From the NCBI GenBank assembly GCA_009602735.1, contig WELA01001462.1, positions 505,914 to 569,913 on the forward strand: a stretch of DNA of 64,000 nt. The letters run 5' to 3'. The notes below the pieces were generated by a model that was given only the letters and a program-made list of their open reading frames with translations, was not told the DNA's origin and did no database searches. Position numbers and translations under genes: made by a program. This document shows positions 11,482 to 23,283 of this stretch, piece after piece; position 1 is the stretch's first letter; every line of letters begins with the position of its first letter. Origin of the DNA: Mesotaenium endlicherianum (lineage: Eukaryota).

Positions 11482-13992
11482 TTTTGTTGTACCTACTGTT
11501 GTACCTCTCCCTCGGATTTGCAAACAACTAAGTGCAACAGGCATAGCCGGAGCGGCAGCAATTGAGAATGCGGAGGCTGCTACTAATAGAGCTAATGTTG
11601 CAGCTGCTGCGTTTGCTGGGCTACCACCACAGAATGTAGATCTGGGAGTTTTATTTGTGCATATGCAATTTATTGCAAATGGCGAGCATGTATCAGTCCC
11701 AACAGGAGGACAAAAGGATTATGATGGCTTTGTTACGTGACAGAGACCAATTGGGTTCTCAAACCACTGGTGGTGGTGGCAGAGGGCCGAATAAGCCTAA
11801 GCCAAAATCCCCTTAGGACTATGACCCTGAGGGAATTACATAGTACTATCGAATCAATTTTCTTGCTGATGTTAGGCAATGGCTGGAAAGCTACCCAGAA
11901 CTGCAAGACTACGAGAAGGTCAGGCACATCGGTGCTCTACTGAAAGGTAGTGCAGCAGATAGGTGGCCTTAATGGAAAGGAGAGCGTAAGGCTCAACAAC
12001 TCGGTGACCCTACTTGGGTAGAGTTCGTGGAGAAGCTGCATGAGAAGTTTGATGTGATAAATCAACAGGAGAAAGCAATCTATGCAATGATCTCCCTGAC
12101 ACTGAAGCAGACCACTTCAGTTGATGAGTATGCTCAGAAGTTCCAGGAAAACATGATGAAGCAGCCAGAATTTCCATAGCGGTATAGGATAGCATCCTTT
12201 AGGTAGGGCATGAAATCCAAAGTCTTTGGTCACTTCGCTGAAAAGAAGAATGTGAAACTGGCTGACTTGATCCAGGATTCTGATGCCTGGGATCAGCAGC
12301 AGTTTAATAACAAGCGCCAGAGTAATGCTTTGGTGTCTAAGATTGTCAAAAAGCCACGCAGTTCCTAGAATGCGATTGAAGAAGATCAGACTAAGAAGGA
12401 TCAGGGTGATGAGTATGAGTATGAGTATCATGCTATGCAGTCTATAGGGAGAGGGGGTAACTCTTGAGGTGGCTATGGAAGAGGTCGTGGTAGGACTAAG
12501 CCGAGACCAGCCTCAGCAAAATCTATTTGCTACCATTGCCAACAAGCGGGCCACTATAGAGAGCAGTGTCCTAGCAAGAACCTTCCAAAGGTCAAGAGAA
12601 AGGACTAGCCTTGTAAAAGACAGCAACAGTCAGTAATCCAGTCTACTGACTGCGAGGATGCTAGAGATAGTGAGTCGTCACTAGCTGCCCTCGTAGCAGG
12701 TATTATGGGTCCTGCTGAACAGGATTCACTATGCACGCCTGACAACCAAATAATGGAGACCATCAGCAATAGAGATCTCCAGAGAGTGCACACCCTGGAG
12801 GGTCTTGTTCCACCTGATGTCCAACATTTCTTTGCTAAGTCAGGAGAAGAATGCGAAAGTCAGGAAATGTCAGTCCCCCCTATCCCACTGCATTGTATGA
12901 TTGCAGGTAGGAAGGTGAGGGCATTTGTTGACGGAGGAGCGTCACATAATTTCATCCATAAGGACTTAGTTAAGCGCCTACTTTAAAAATTCGTCCGTAC
13001 AGGCCATATTGGCCGTACAGTACGTATCGCGATACGCCGTATTCCCGTACGTCAATATTCGCGTCTAGAGCGACATCAGTATAATCATTATTTTTGTTTA
13101 GCACACATTTTATTCGTTTCAGCTATTTAGTAGTTGCTCGGTCACCATGTCGGCCCCGCCACACGTATTTGCACTTCACGTACTATTTCGTTTTGACGAA
13201 AAGGTCAGACACGTGCGTCAGAATCTGGTCATAATTTGGTCAGAATCTGAGAACACGCCCATTGGATGCAGAAAGCAGACAAAAAATGCTCATTATGGAT
13301 TCACCCTAAACAGTGGCTACAATTGTTACCGCACATTCATTGGACGAGGAAAGATAATCTGGCACGCGTTCTGCGGTGATTGGTTACTTATTTGCAAACC
13401 TACACGAAAGAGTGTGGTAACAGAGCGTGTATTGACAGAGAGCGGGAGCGCGGGAACGTGGATTTGAATCTTTGAGAAAGTCAAACAGCCGACAGGAAGG
13501 AGAGATGCGTGTTGTCATAAGACGGTCCTTTGTTTAGCAGTTTGCCACAACACAAAGCCGTCAGATTAGCTACGTGCAAATAGGCGGCTAGATCGATCAT
13601 GTTCAAAAAACAAAAACTTTTTTTTGACCCGTCTTTGGTGTCAGACTCACACGTTTTTGCACGCGATTATAACGCACTCTGGTTGAGTTGACCGACAAAG
13701 GCGTATTTGCACGTATTAACACTAGATAGCCCGGAGCATCATATGTGATGCAACTCACACATTTTGATGCAACTACTTGTCCTCTTTGTCTCTACCATGA
13801 ATCTCTGTACACTTAATCATTTAAAGTGAAATTAGTCTTAAACGGGGGCTATATTGCAACAAATTTAGAATTAAATTGACCGGTCAAACCGACTTGTTAC
13901 GTATAAGTTACATCAAAATGTGTACGATGCTAAAATCAATTTCGATGAAGAAAGTCAACGAAACTGAACGCGAAAGTCCTTCTTTTTCAGCC

Positions 13993-16290
13993 ATGGCTGC
14001 TGCTGGTTGCTCTTTCGACGCTCTTTTAGGAACAAAAATTCTCATACCGCTGCTCACTTCGGTCGTCTGTGGACTCGTGAAGAAGTCGATGCATATTAGA
14101 AAGAAGTGTTGGTGGAGGGAGTGGTCAAGAAGCGGATTGAGGCCCAAAAGAGCCATGGCGACATTTATCGGGTTTTCTTCGTCTATGATAAGAATGACAG
14201 AAAATTACGCAAGAGTTTGTTGAAGGTGCCATTAAGAAAGACTCTGGCACATGGCACAAATTTATTGAGGGAGTATACACGCGGGTAAGTGAGCAAGAAC
14301 AGCAACCAGAGGCGGAAAAGGCACTCGAGAATAAAGATGACCTTCAGGCATCTTTTAGAATGTCTCAAGCAGCCATTTTGGACACACAAGTTAGTGCAGA
14401 GTTGCAGGGGGCTGAGACTAGCCTTACTTACAGTCAACCTAGCAAGTAGAGGGGCAGACCTGCCGGTTCTAACAAAATAGCAGCGCATGCAAGGCGAAGC
14501 AAATTCATGTTTCATGCAAGCCAATGTCTAGTAAGAAAGGCAAGGAAGTTTTTTTAGATTCTGAATCTGGGTCTGACAGCAACAGCTCTGAAGAAGAAGA
14601 CTTTTCGAATTCTGAAGACACAGAAGATGTTCCTTCCTTGCAGCAACTACAATAGAGGAGGAGAAGGAGGAGGATGAGTATGAAGAGGTGTGGGACTGGA
14701 AGGTGCCTACTCTTGGAGAAACCTGTCAAGAAGACCTGCTGCAGCCAAGTGAAGAACACCACCGTGGCCTCCAGGGCATTCGAGACAAGAGATTCAAAGG
14801 TCTAAGTCCCTTTGGTTTCTTTTGTCTCTTCATGCCTATTGCTTTTTCCCAGCAATTGGTTGTGGAGACAAATAACTATGCATCCCAACACACTGTGAGG
14901 GGCTGGATTCCTGTGACATGCACAAAGATGGTTGTCTTCTATGGATTGTGCATGACTATGGGGTTACATGCTCTCCCTAGGCTCAAGAGTTACTGGCAAA
15001 AGACAGTGAAAGGACCTATCACTCTCCCTGGCTTTGGCAGGTTCATGAGCAAGAATTGATTCGAACAAATAAGAAGATCTTTTCATGTGAAGGACAATAG
15101 ACAGAGAGCTTGTTTTCTTGCAGACTCTAGAGCATACAAGCTTTGGCAATTGCAACCTTTCACAGATTTGTGCCTAGAGAAATTTGCCAAGTACTATAGT
15201 CTTGGTAGTACTCTCACAGTTCTTTCCTTTCCGAAATGGACAATGTGCTATTAGAGTGGACAATGCATCAAAGCCATATAAATATGGTATAGAAGTATTT
15301 ACAATCTGTGACGCAATTACATATTTTTGCTATGCCTTCATCATATATGATAGAGTAAAGAAAGAAGGTGCAAAGACTGACATTGTGTTAGACTTAGTAG
15401 ATATGTTTCTTGTAGGCAGATGCCTCACTCTCATACTTGACAGAGGCTTCACCTCTCCACACCTCTTTTCTAAACTTGCACAGCTAGGACATGGAGCCAC
15501 AGGCACTTTACTTTTCACTAGAAAAAATTATCGAAATCAATTGTTATACATGAAGCCTGACACCCACCCTAAAGGCTACACTTTTGCAGCTTACAATGAG
15601 CAGCCCCCTTACAATGAGCAGCCCCCTATGGTAGCTGCTGTGTGGAATGATAAAGTTTCATGTGCTTTTTTGTCAACAGCAAAAGAGCTGGCCCCCACTA
15701 TACAGAGTAGACGCAATGGAAAAGAAAAACTTAGACTTCCAGCCCCTGAGCTAGTAGAGCATTACAATATGTACAAACATGCTGTTGATCAACATGATGC
15801 CTATTGTTTGAAGATAGGTTACAATGCTGAGAGAGTCTTGGTTAACAGGAAGTGATGGCACAGGGCATATTGGGGCATTTGGGATGGCCTTCTTGCCAAA
15901 GTCTTTATCATGTACAAGATGGTGCAGCACAAGGCAGACAAGTTTGACACATAGGTGGACATCATGACTGACATGTGCTCTTTCCAGCACCCTGATGAAG
16001 CAGGACCTAGTGGAGTGGCAACCAGGGTAGTTGCAGCTCAACCTACAGCAGAAGGCGGGTTCACAGTAGGACACTTTCCGAACAGAGGTTGAGAAGAGGA
16101 AGTATTGTGTCGTGTGTGTTGCGGGTACATCTGGGCAACGTGCCAATAGAAAGAGAGCTAAGTTTAGTGATTACATGTGTATGTCTTGTAATGTGTACCT
16201 GTGTGCTGCTCCCTGCTTTCAGATATACCACACCACCAGGGCTATTGCCCATTTAGATGAAGGACCTTTCAGGGAGAAGAGGTCTTGAAA
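13993..16290 (+). pseudogene. piggyBac (PGBD/DDE_Tnp_1_7-type) transposase pseudogene
   Basis: Acidic N-region, then FCLFMP...LVVETNNYA, MGL..LP.LKSYW, KPYKYGIEVFTICDA, LILDRGFTSPHLF..L...G..ATGT, YNMYKHAVDQHD. C-terminal Cys-rich RKYCVVC...CMSCNVYLCAAPCFQIYH. Has stops and frameshifts; the start position is uncertain. Confidence 0.85.
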
Positions 16291-16371
16291 GACACAAATA
16301 GGCGAGAATCGACGAAACTAAGCTAACCTGGTAGGAAGTGTAAATAATTGAAATGAGACTCGGTGAGATTT

Positions 16372-17313
16372 TGTAACGATCCGAGCTATTTTAGGCGTAT
16401 TTGGGACGTTTTCCCAATTACCTAAAGTACGTTATACAATTTATCATATTATTTGATAAATGATTGCATCATATTCAATTATTCGCCACACGTGCGTGCC
16501 GATTAATTCCTGGTCGATTGTCGAAACGACCGAGATACTATTGCAAAAAGCGTCGTAACGTAACTCGACTACTTTGCAAAAGTACGACATAATTATTCAT
16601 AAAGTTACTTTAATTAATTATGAGATGATAACTTATTAAATCATTGATTGATTAAGTTGATTTGATTGTCATTATTTCGACAATGCACCATCACAGATTT
16701 CGAATTTACGACCAGTCGTTAATACGAAATTGTCGTATCAAGATACGAACAAACCGTCGTAAAGATAAACGAAACAAAATATGCAAAGTCGCTTTGCATT
16801 GACGCGGATTCGAACCCGCGACTTGTCGTTTGAAACGTTCACACCTAAACCAATTGGCCAAGTAGTTATTCGTGACTCCTGGTTCATGACGTAATCATTT
16901 GAACGCGACTCCGCGAACAGTTGCGACTTTTCGAAAAGTCGCGAGAACGCGAAAACGCCCGTTTGGCGCGAACCGGTTTTCTAAAAACCATTGAAAAGTC
17001 TCCAAACCGCCAAACGGCGCCGTTTTCGAGCATTCGGCCGAATGGGACACGTCCCTTCGACCGTTTTCGTTGAACATGAACCAGTGCCCTAGGTGGTGAC
17101 TCGAAGCACTCCAGTGCCTCATGTTGTGCAGATATAAATACCTGTAGAGTCATTGTGAGTGCGACTCTCACAAGCACACATTCTACGTTAGTTTACATTT
17201 TCGCTCTTTCGAGTATTCGTCGATTTGCACAATTATACAGATTTTCCTTCCACTTGAATAAAATATTCCTTGATTACCGAGGAAAGATCCTCTCGAAAAG
17301 CAGAAACGTAACA
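16372..17313 (+). repeat. 5' LTR of element D
   Basis: Highly similar to 22339-23283. TATA-like TATAAATA at ~17133. Confidence 0.92.
16775..16867 (-). ncRNA. tRNA-like Pol III cassette in the D 5' LTR (not a canonical tRNA)
   Basis: A-box TGGCCAATTGG (rc 16850-16860) and perfect B-box GGTTCGAATCC (rc 16806-16816) are 33 nt apart, followed by an 8-bp hairpin and TTTT. Confidence 0.55.
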
Positions 17314-17463
17314 TTGGTATCTGAGCCGATCTCGGTTTCTCCAAGGAATTATTTGTTTTTAGTGGCCAGAAAATCTGTTGGATTTCTTGCCGGATTCTGT
17401 CGTCGAATCTAATCGCTTTCTTGATTCTGTGTAGATTCGCCCTCGATTCATTTCCGGTTTGCG

Positions 17464-18108
17464 ATGACTCGCGGCCGTCGGATCGAAATCATCTACATCG
17501 ACGACGATTCACCCCGCCGGCCTCGCGTCTCGCCGCGTGTTGCCTCGGCGCCGACTCGGCCGTCGCCGACTTATTCGTCGATGGCTCCGCCCGGCTCGCA
17601 GCGCTCATCACCCGCCGATCTTCGATCGTACGAGATATTGTCGCCGGAACGCTCGTCACCCACACCTCCCACCCACGCCGAACTTCGGAACACCACACCC
17701 GAACCTACCCGCTCTCGTTCTCCACGCGGCCGAACACCGTCGCCTCGTGCGCCCCGTGAACGGCCGGATGTCATTGATTCCTTGCCGTTTTTTGAACATG
17801 AGCACTACTACCACATGTGGAATGATTATGGGCATTGGATGGAATTGCGCGACCAACCCACCCTAGAGGACTATCAAAATGTGTATAGCCCTCGGTTCCG
17901 CAACCGCTCGGGTCTTGTTCGTCCGCCCATGCCCGTTCGGGGATACACCACATATCGTAGGTATGTTGATTACATGTGGTCTAACCACCGTGTTAGTCTT
18001 TCCGAGCATCTCTTTGACAGGGATTTGTATCGTGATCGGTCAGGCGACCATTATTGCGGCCATTGCATAAATGCTAGCGTCGATTATATTCGCTGCCCTT
18101 ATTTGTGA
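17464..18108 (+). CDS. ORF1 of element D, unknown 214-aa protein in the gag position
   Basis: Intact ATG-to-stop ORF about 140 nt after the PBS. Ser/Pro/Arg-rich N-half, Tyr/His/Trp-rich C-half, ends HYCGHC...C. No gag motifs recognised. Confidence 0.55.
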   Translation: MTRGRRIEIIYIDDDSPRRPRVSPRVASAPTRPSPTYSSMAPPGSQRSSPADLRSYEILSPERSSPTPPTHAELRNTTPEPTRSRSPRGRTPSPRAPRERPDVIDSLPFFEHEHYYHMWNDYGHWMELRDQPTLEDYQNVYSPRFRNRSGLVRPPMPVRGYTTYRRYVDYMWSNHRVSLSEHLFDRDLYRDRSGDHYCGHCINASVDYIRCPYL

Positions 18109-18244
18109 TAAATAGCTATTGTTTAGCTATTGACAACACGACTTAGTGAGCAGGAAATTCTAAGTGTTTGTTCGCAAGCACCAAAGGTTCTTGTACACTC
18201 TGGTACACCTAATATAAATATGAATTCGAAACGAATATATTTGT

Positions 18245-21200
18245 ATGCAAGTGTTGAGCTTTGCCGAGTTTTTGGAACTCGAGTGCATCCATGATTGCAT
18301 GTTCTTGCACTTTCAGCCGCATGATCCTAACCTTGCAAAGTGTTACGCACACTTGGCTCATTTAAGGAGAATGCACATGTGCCTTGCACCAATTTATATT
18401 GCTGCATTCGCAGAACGACGCGCGTTTGATGAGCCTTTCACTCAATTTCGCGCGGGATTAACAATGCAAAATGGGATTTTGGTAAAGGACCTCCATATTT
18501 CCCACATTCCTCTTAAGGCGAGGACATTGCTAGTGATGCATAATGCTTCTTTGGGGCTAAGTTTGACGTTTGACGCGAAAGTTTCAGGCAAGTCATGCTT
18601 CACCATCATTGATTCAAGCGCGTCAGTGAGCTTCATTAGTGCACGTTTTGCACAAGGGATGAAGTTGATTCCAACACTCAAGAACGAGGACCTTCGACTT
18701 GGCGATGGTTCCTTAGCTTGTACTCTTTGAAAGATAAAGTTGCAGCTCAAAGTGCAATCATACATCGGCCACGAACAATTCTGTGTTACTAAGTTGCCCG
18801 AGGGTATTGATGCAATTTTGGGAACAACTTGGCTTACGCAAACAAGTGCATTGCTTGACTTTAGTTAAAAATGCATTATACGCAAAGGGACAAGGAAGAT
18901 CACTCTTCAATCCCTAAAGCCCAATATGGAATTAGAAAGTCCCTCCAAGACTTCTATTGTCCATAAAGCAAGCTAGACGTTTGGCAAAGAAAGGTCAAAA
19001 TGTTTTCTTTGGATTACTACGACTTGATTCCCCAGTCACTAAGCTCTCCAAGGAGGAGCCTACACTCGATTTGACTGGTCATGAAGAAACACTTACAGCT
19101 GAATTTTCTGCTCTTTTGCAAAAGTACAAGTCAGTGTTTCCAAGTGAAATACCGCCTGGCCTCTCGCTTGATAGAGGTATTGGACATACGATTCCTCTCG
19201 TTCCTGATGCTCTACCAACTTGGCGACCAATTTATCGCCTCAGCCCGTTGGAGATGAATGAAATGAAAGCCCAAATTAGCGATTTGGTTGAGAAAGGATG
19301 GATTGAGCCGAGCTCTTCTCCATTTGGGGCCCCCATGCTCTTTGTCCAAAAGAAAGATGGGACGCTCAGGATGTGCATTGATTATCGTGCGCTGAACAAC
19401 ATAACGGTCAAGAACCGCTATTCGTTGCCTCGCATTGATGACTTGTTTGATTTGCTGCAGGGGGCATACGTGTTCTCCTCGCTCGATTTAGCCCAAGGCT
19501 ATCATCAGATACGAATCACACCAGAGGATGTTCCAAAGACAGCGTTTCGTATGCCTATTGGACACTTCCAATACAAAGTCCTCAGTTTTGGACTGACAAA
19601 TGCACCAGCGACATTCCAAAGCACGATGAACGATTTGTTTAGACCTCACTTGGGAAAATTCGTCCAGGTTTACCTCGACAATATCCTCGTCTATTCAAAG
19701 AACAGGGACGAGCATTACAAGCACCTCAAGTTGGTGTTGCAAATCCTTCGTGAGCAAGAGCTGTATGTTAAGCTCAAGAAATGTTCCTTCCTAAAGGATG
19801 AACTTTTGTACCTCAAACATATAGTGGGTTCGAAAGGGGTGCGCCCTGACCCAGCCAAGATTGCGTGTGTCGCAGATTGGCCTGTCCCGACAGATGTGCA
19901 TACTGTTCGTTCATTCCTTGGGTTTGCAAACTACTTTCGTAAGTTTATGCAAGGTTACTCAGTGATGGCCGCGCCACTCACTGCTGCGACAAGGAAAGAT
20001 AGACTTTTCATTTGGAATGAGACTACGCAGATTGCGTTCGAGCGCATTAAGTATGCACTCACTAATGCGCCACTTCTCTCATTAGCCGATCCCGACTTGC
20101 CTTACGAGGTAGTCGCCGATGCGTCTGGTGTTGGAGTAGGGGTTGTCCTGCTGCAGGCGGGCAAGCCTATAAGTTTTGAGAGTCGAAAGCTGACACCTGC
20201 CGAACAAAATTACTCAACGACAGAGCAGGAGCTCTGGGCAGTCATATATGCTTTAAAAACTTGGCGATGTTATTTGGAAGGCTGCAAGGGTCTGACCGTG
20301 GTCACGGACCACTGTCCAAATACCTTCTTTCAAATACAGCCAACGCTATCGAGGCGCCAGACGAGATGGTCTGAGTTCTTGCAACGATTCCTCTTTAACT
20401 GGGCGTATCGTCCTGGTCGCAATAATGTTGCGGACTCATTAAGTCGAATTCCCCTCCACCACTTGATGTTGGGGACTGTTGCTAGTTTGCAAGGACGAAA
20501 TGGTCAGGTTTCGAGGGCGGCCACCCTTGATTCTGCTATACCCCCCAAGACGACTGGCGTTGCCTGGCCTGGTGACGCGGGCCAACCCGATTTGGATAGC
20601 GTGCAAACTTCTGAAATACTTGACCTGCATCAACTATTTCAAGAGGGCTATCTCAAAGATCCGTTTTTCCTAGATCTCCAGGGTTCTGACTTGAGCGGTG
20701 TAGTCGTGACGATGGACAGAATGGACAAAACGAAAGGACACTCAGACTATACGTTTGAGGACGGTTTTTGGTGGCACAATGGGCGCATTGCTGTCCCAGA
20801 AGGCCGAGTAAGACATGAGCTCCTACGAGAGGCGCATGACTTTCCTTACTCTGGTCATCATGGAATTACCAAAACCACACATCTTTTGCGCCGAGGGTAC
20901 ATTTGGCCGTCCCTCAAGGTTGATATTACTGAGTACATCATCAACTGCGCGACATGTCAGAGGAATAAGCCGAGCCATACATGGCCAGGCGGGAAGTTGC
21001 AACCATTGGAACTTGCAGGTGCTCCTTGGGAAAGCATAAGCCTCGACTTTGTCGTTGAATTGCCCACCACCGATAGAGGACACAATGGGGTGTTAAGGAT
21101 CGTGGATCGTTTCACTAAGATGGTACACTTTGTGGCCACTAAACCATCACTTGATGCAGTCGAGACCGCGCGTCTCTTCGTGGATCACGTGTTCAAGTTG

Positions 21201-22100
21201 CATGGTATGCCGAAAGAGATCATAAGCGATCGTGATAGTCGATTTACGAGCCACTTCTGGCAGGAAGTTTGCTCGCATTTTGGCACGAACCTTAAGATGT
21301 CAACAAGCTTCCATCCTCAGATCGATGGTCAGACAGAACGCCTGAACCGGGTTCTGCAACAGTTCCTTAGGCATTATGTGAATCCTCGTCAAGACAACTG
21401 GGACACCCTCCTGTCAGTTGCAGAGTTCGCAGTTAATAATGCTTATCAGGAAAGTGTTAAGGAAACTCCATTTTTCCTTAACTATGGAAGACATCCGCAC
21501 ACTCCCCTCACACGCTCGGTTCCCGGTGAGACGGGGATGTCAACCATGAGAGTACCAAGTGCACGCTTATTTGTCCACTCTCTTCAAGAGGTGCACAAGA
21601 GCGCGAAATTGGCCTTAGCCGCTGCTCGCAACCGACAGAAAATGTTCGCTGACACGCACAGGACTGAGTTAAGTTTTCAAGTTGGCAATAAAGTACTTTT
21701 GCAAACTAAAAACCTCCAACTCAAGCACCCAGGGAAGCGCAAGCTTCTGCCTCGCTGGGTAGGCCCTTTTATCGTAACTGCAAAGGTCGGACCTCTTGCA
21801 TATCGACTGGATTTGCCTAAATCCATGAGGCGAACGCATCCTGTGTTTCCATGTCAGTTTACTAAAATTGTTTAGGTCCGATGACCGCTATCAGCCACAA
21901 GCACCAGAGTTGGAACTTGACGATGATGATAAGGCCTGGGATGTAGAAGAGGTGTTGGGACACCGCTACACCAGTCATAAGCCTCCGCGAGTGGAGCTTT
22001 TGATCAAATGGCTCGATTACAATTCCAGTTGAAATTCGTACAAACCTCAGGATGAGATCCTCCTTAATTGTAAGGATTTGGTTCAAAGATATTGGTTACG
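18245..22100 (+). pseudogene. pol: Element D pol (protease-RT-RNase H-integrase-degenerate chromodomain)
   Basis: Protease IIDSSAS with stops. 972-aa ORF 18957..21875 with LRMCIDYRALN, YLDN (catalytic D to N), RNase H VADAS, and integrase zinc finger and ISLDF/SDRD core. A frameshifted chromo-like tail (LIKW) follows. Confidence 0.9.
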
Positions 22101-22338
22101 ATGGGCTCAAGCTCAAGAGCTCTGCGCTAAGGCAGGTGTGCTACCATGCGCGCTTCGTACACCAAAGAACAAACGCAAAAGAGACGCGGCCAAGTAATCG
22201 CTCTTTTACGTCCCAGTGAGGATGCACCGCCCAATCGCTCAAACCAGTGTTTTTCGCTAGTCAAGGCTAGTATTGACACATTAAGACTTAAAAGACGTAC
22301 GCTTAACGAGGACGTTAAGTTCTTTTAGGGGGGAGGAG

Positions 22339-23283
22339 TGTAACAATCCGAGCTATTTTAGGCGTATTTGGGACGTTTTCCCAATTACCTAAAGTACGTT
22401 ATACAATTTATCATGTTATTTGATAAATGATTGCATCATATTCAATTATTCGCCACACGTGTGTGCCGATTAATTCCTGGTCGATTAGCGAAATGACCGA
22501 GATACTATTGCAAAAAGCGTCGTAACGTAACTCGACTACTTCGCAAAAGTACGACATAATTATTCTTAAAGTTACTTTGATTAATTATGAGATGATAAGT
22601 TATTAAATCATTGATTGATTAATTTGGTTTGATTGTCATTATTTCGACAATGCACAATCACAGATTTCGAATTTACGACCAGTCGTTAATACGAACAAAC
22701 CGTCGTATCAAGATACGAATAAACCGTTGTAAAGACAAACGAAACAAAATATGCAAAGTCGCTTTGCATTGACGCGGATTCGAACCCGCGACGTGTCGTT
22801 TGAAACGTTCACACCTAAACCAATTGGCCAAGTAGTTATTCGTGACTGCTGGTTCATGACGTAATTATTTGAACGCGACTCCGCAAACAATTGCGACTTT
22901 TCGAAAAGTCGCGAGAACGCGAAAACGCCCGTTTGGCGCGAACCGGTTTTCTAAAAACCATTGAAAAGTCTCCAAACCGCCAAACGGCGCCGTTTTCGAG
23001 CATTTGGCCGAATGGGACACGTCCCTTTGACCGTTTTCGTTGAACATGAACCAGTGCCCTAGGTGGTGACTCGAAGCACTCCAGTGCCTCATGTTGTGCA
23101 GGTATAAATACCTGTAGAGTCATTGTGAGTGCAACTCTCACAAGCACACATTCTACGTTAGTTTACATTTTCGCTCTTTCGAGTATTCGTCGATTTGCAC
23201 AATTATACAGATTTTCCTTCCACCTAAATTAAATACTCCTTGAATACCGAAGAAAGATCCTCTTGAAAAGCAGAAACGTAACA
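22339..23283 (+). repeat. 3' LTR of element D
   Basis: Follows the PPT and ends GTAACA at 23283. Confidence 0.92.
22745..22837 (-). ncRNA. Second copy of the tRNA-like Pol III cassette (D 3' LTR)
   Basis: Same A-box, B-box, hairpin and T-run as 16775-16867. Confidence 0.55.

Larger units (their letters stand above)
16372..23283 (+). mobile_element. Ty3/gypsy element D, full length between two LTRs, inserted in the piggyBac 3' region
   Basis: LTRs 16372-17313 and 22339-23283 (TGTAAC...GTAACA). PBS TGGTATCTGAGC at ~17315. PPT AGGGGGGAGGAG 22327-22338. TSD GATTT/AATTT. Confidence 0.93.

Noticed and set aside
16796..16867. Functional tRNA gene (Sec/opal-suppressor UCA or Glu UUC)
   Set aside because: No acceptor stem, only two pairs in the anticodon stem, an out-of-register T-stem and no long variable arm. 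Kept only as a tRNA-like promoter cassette.
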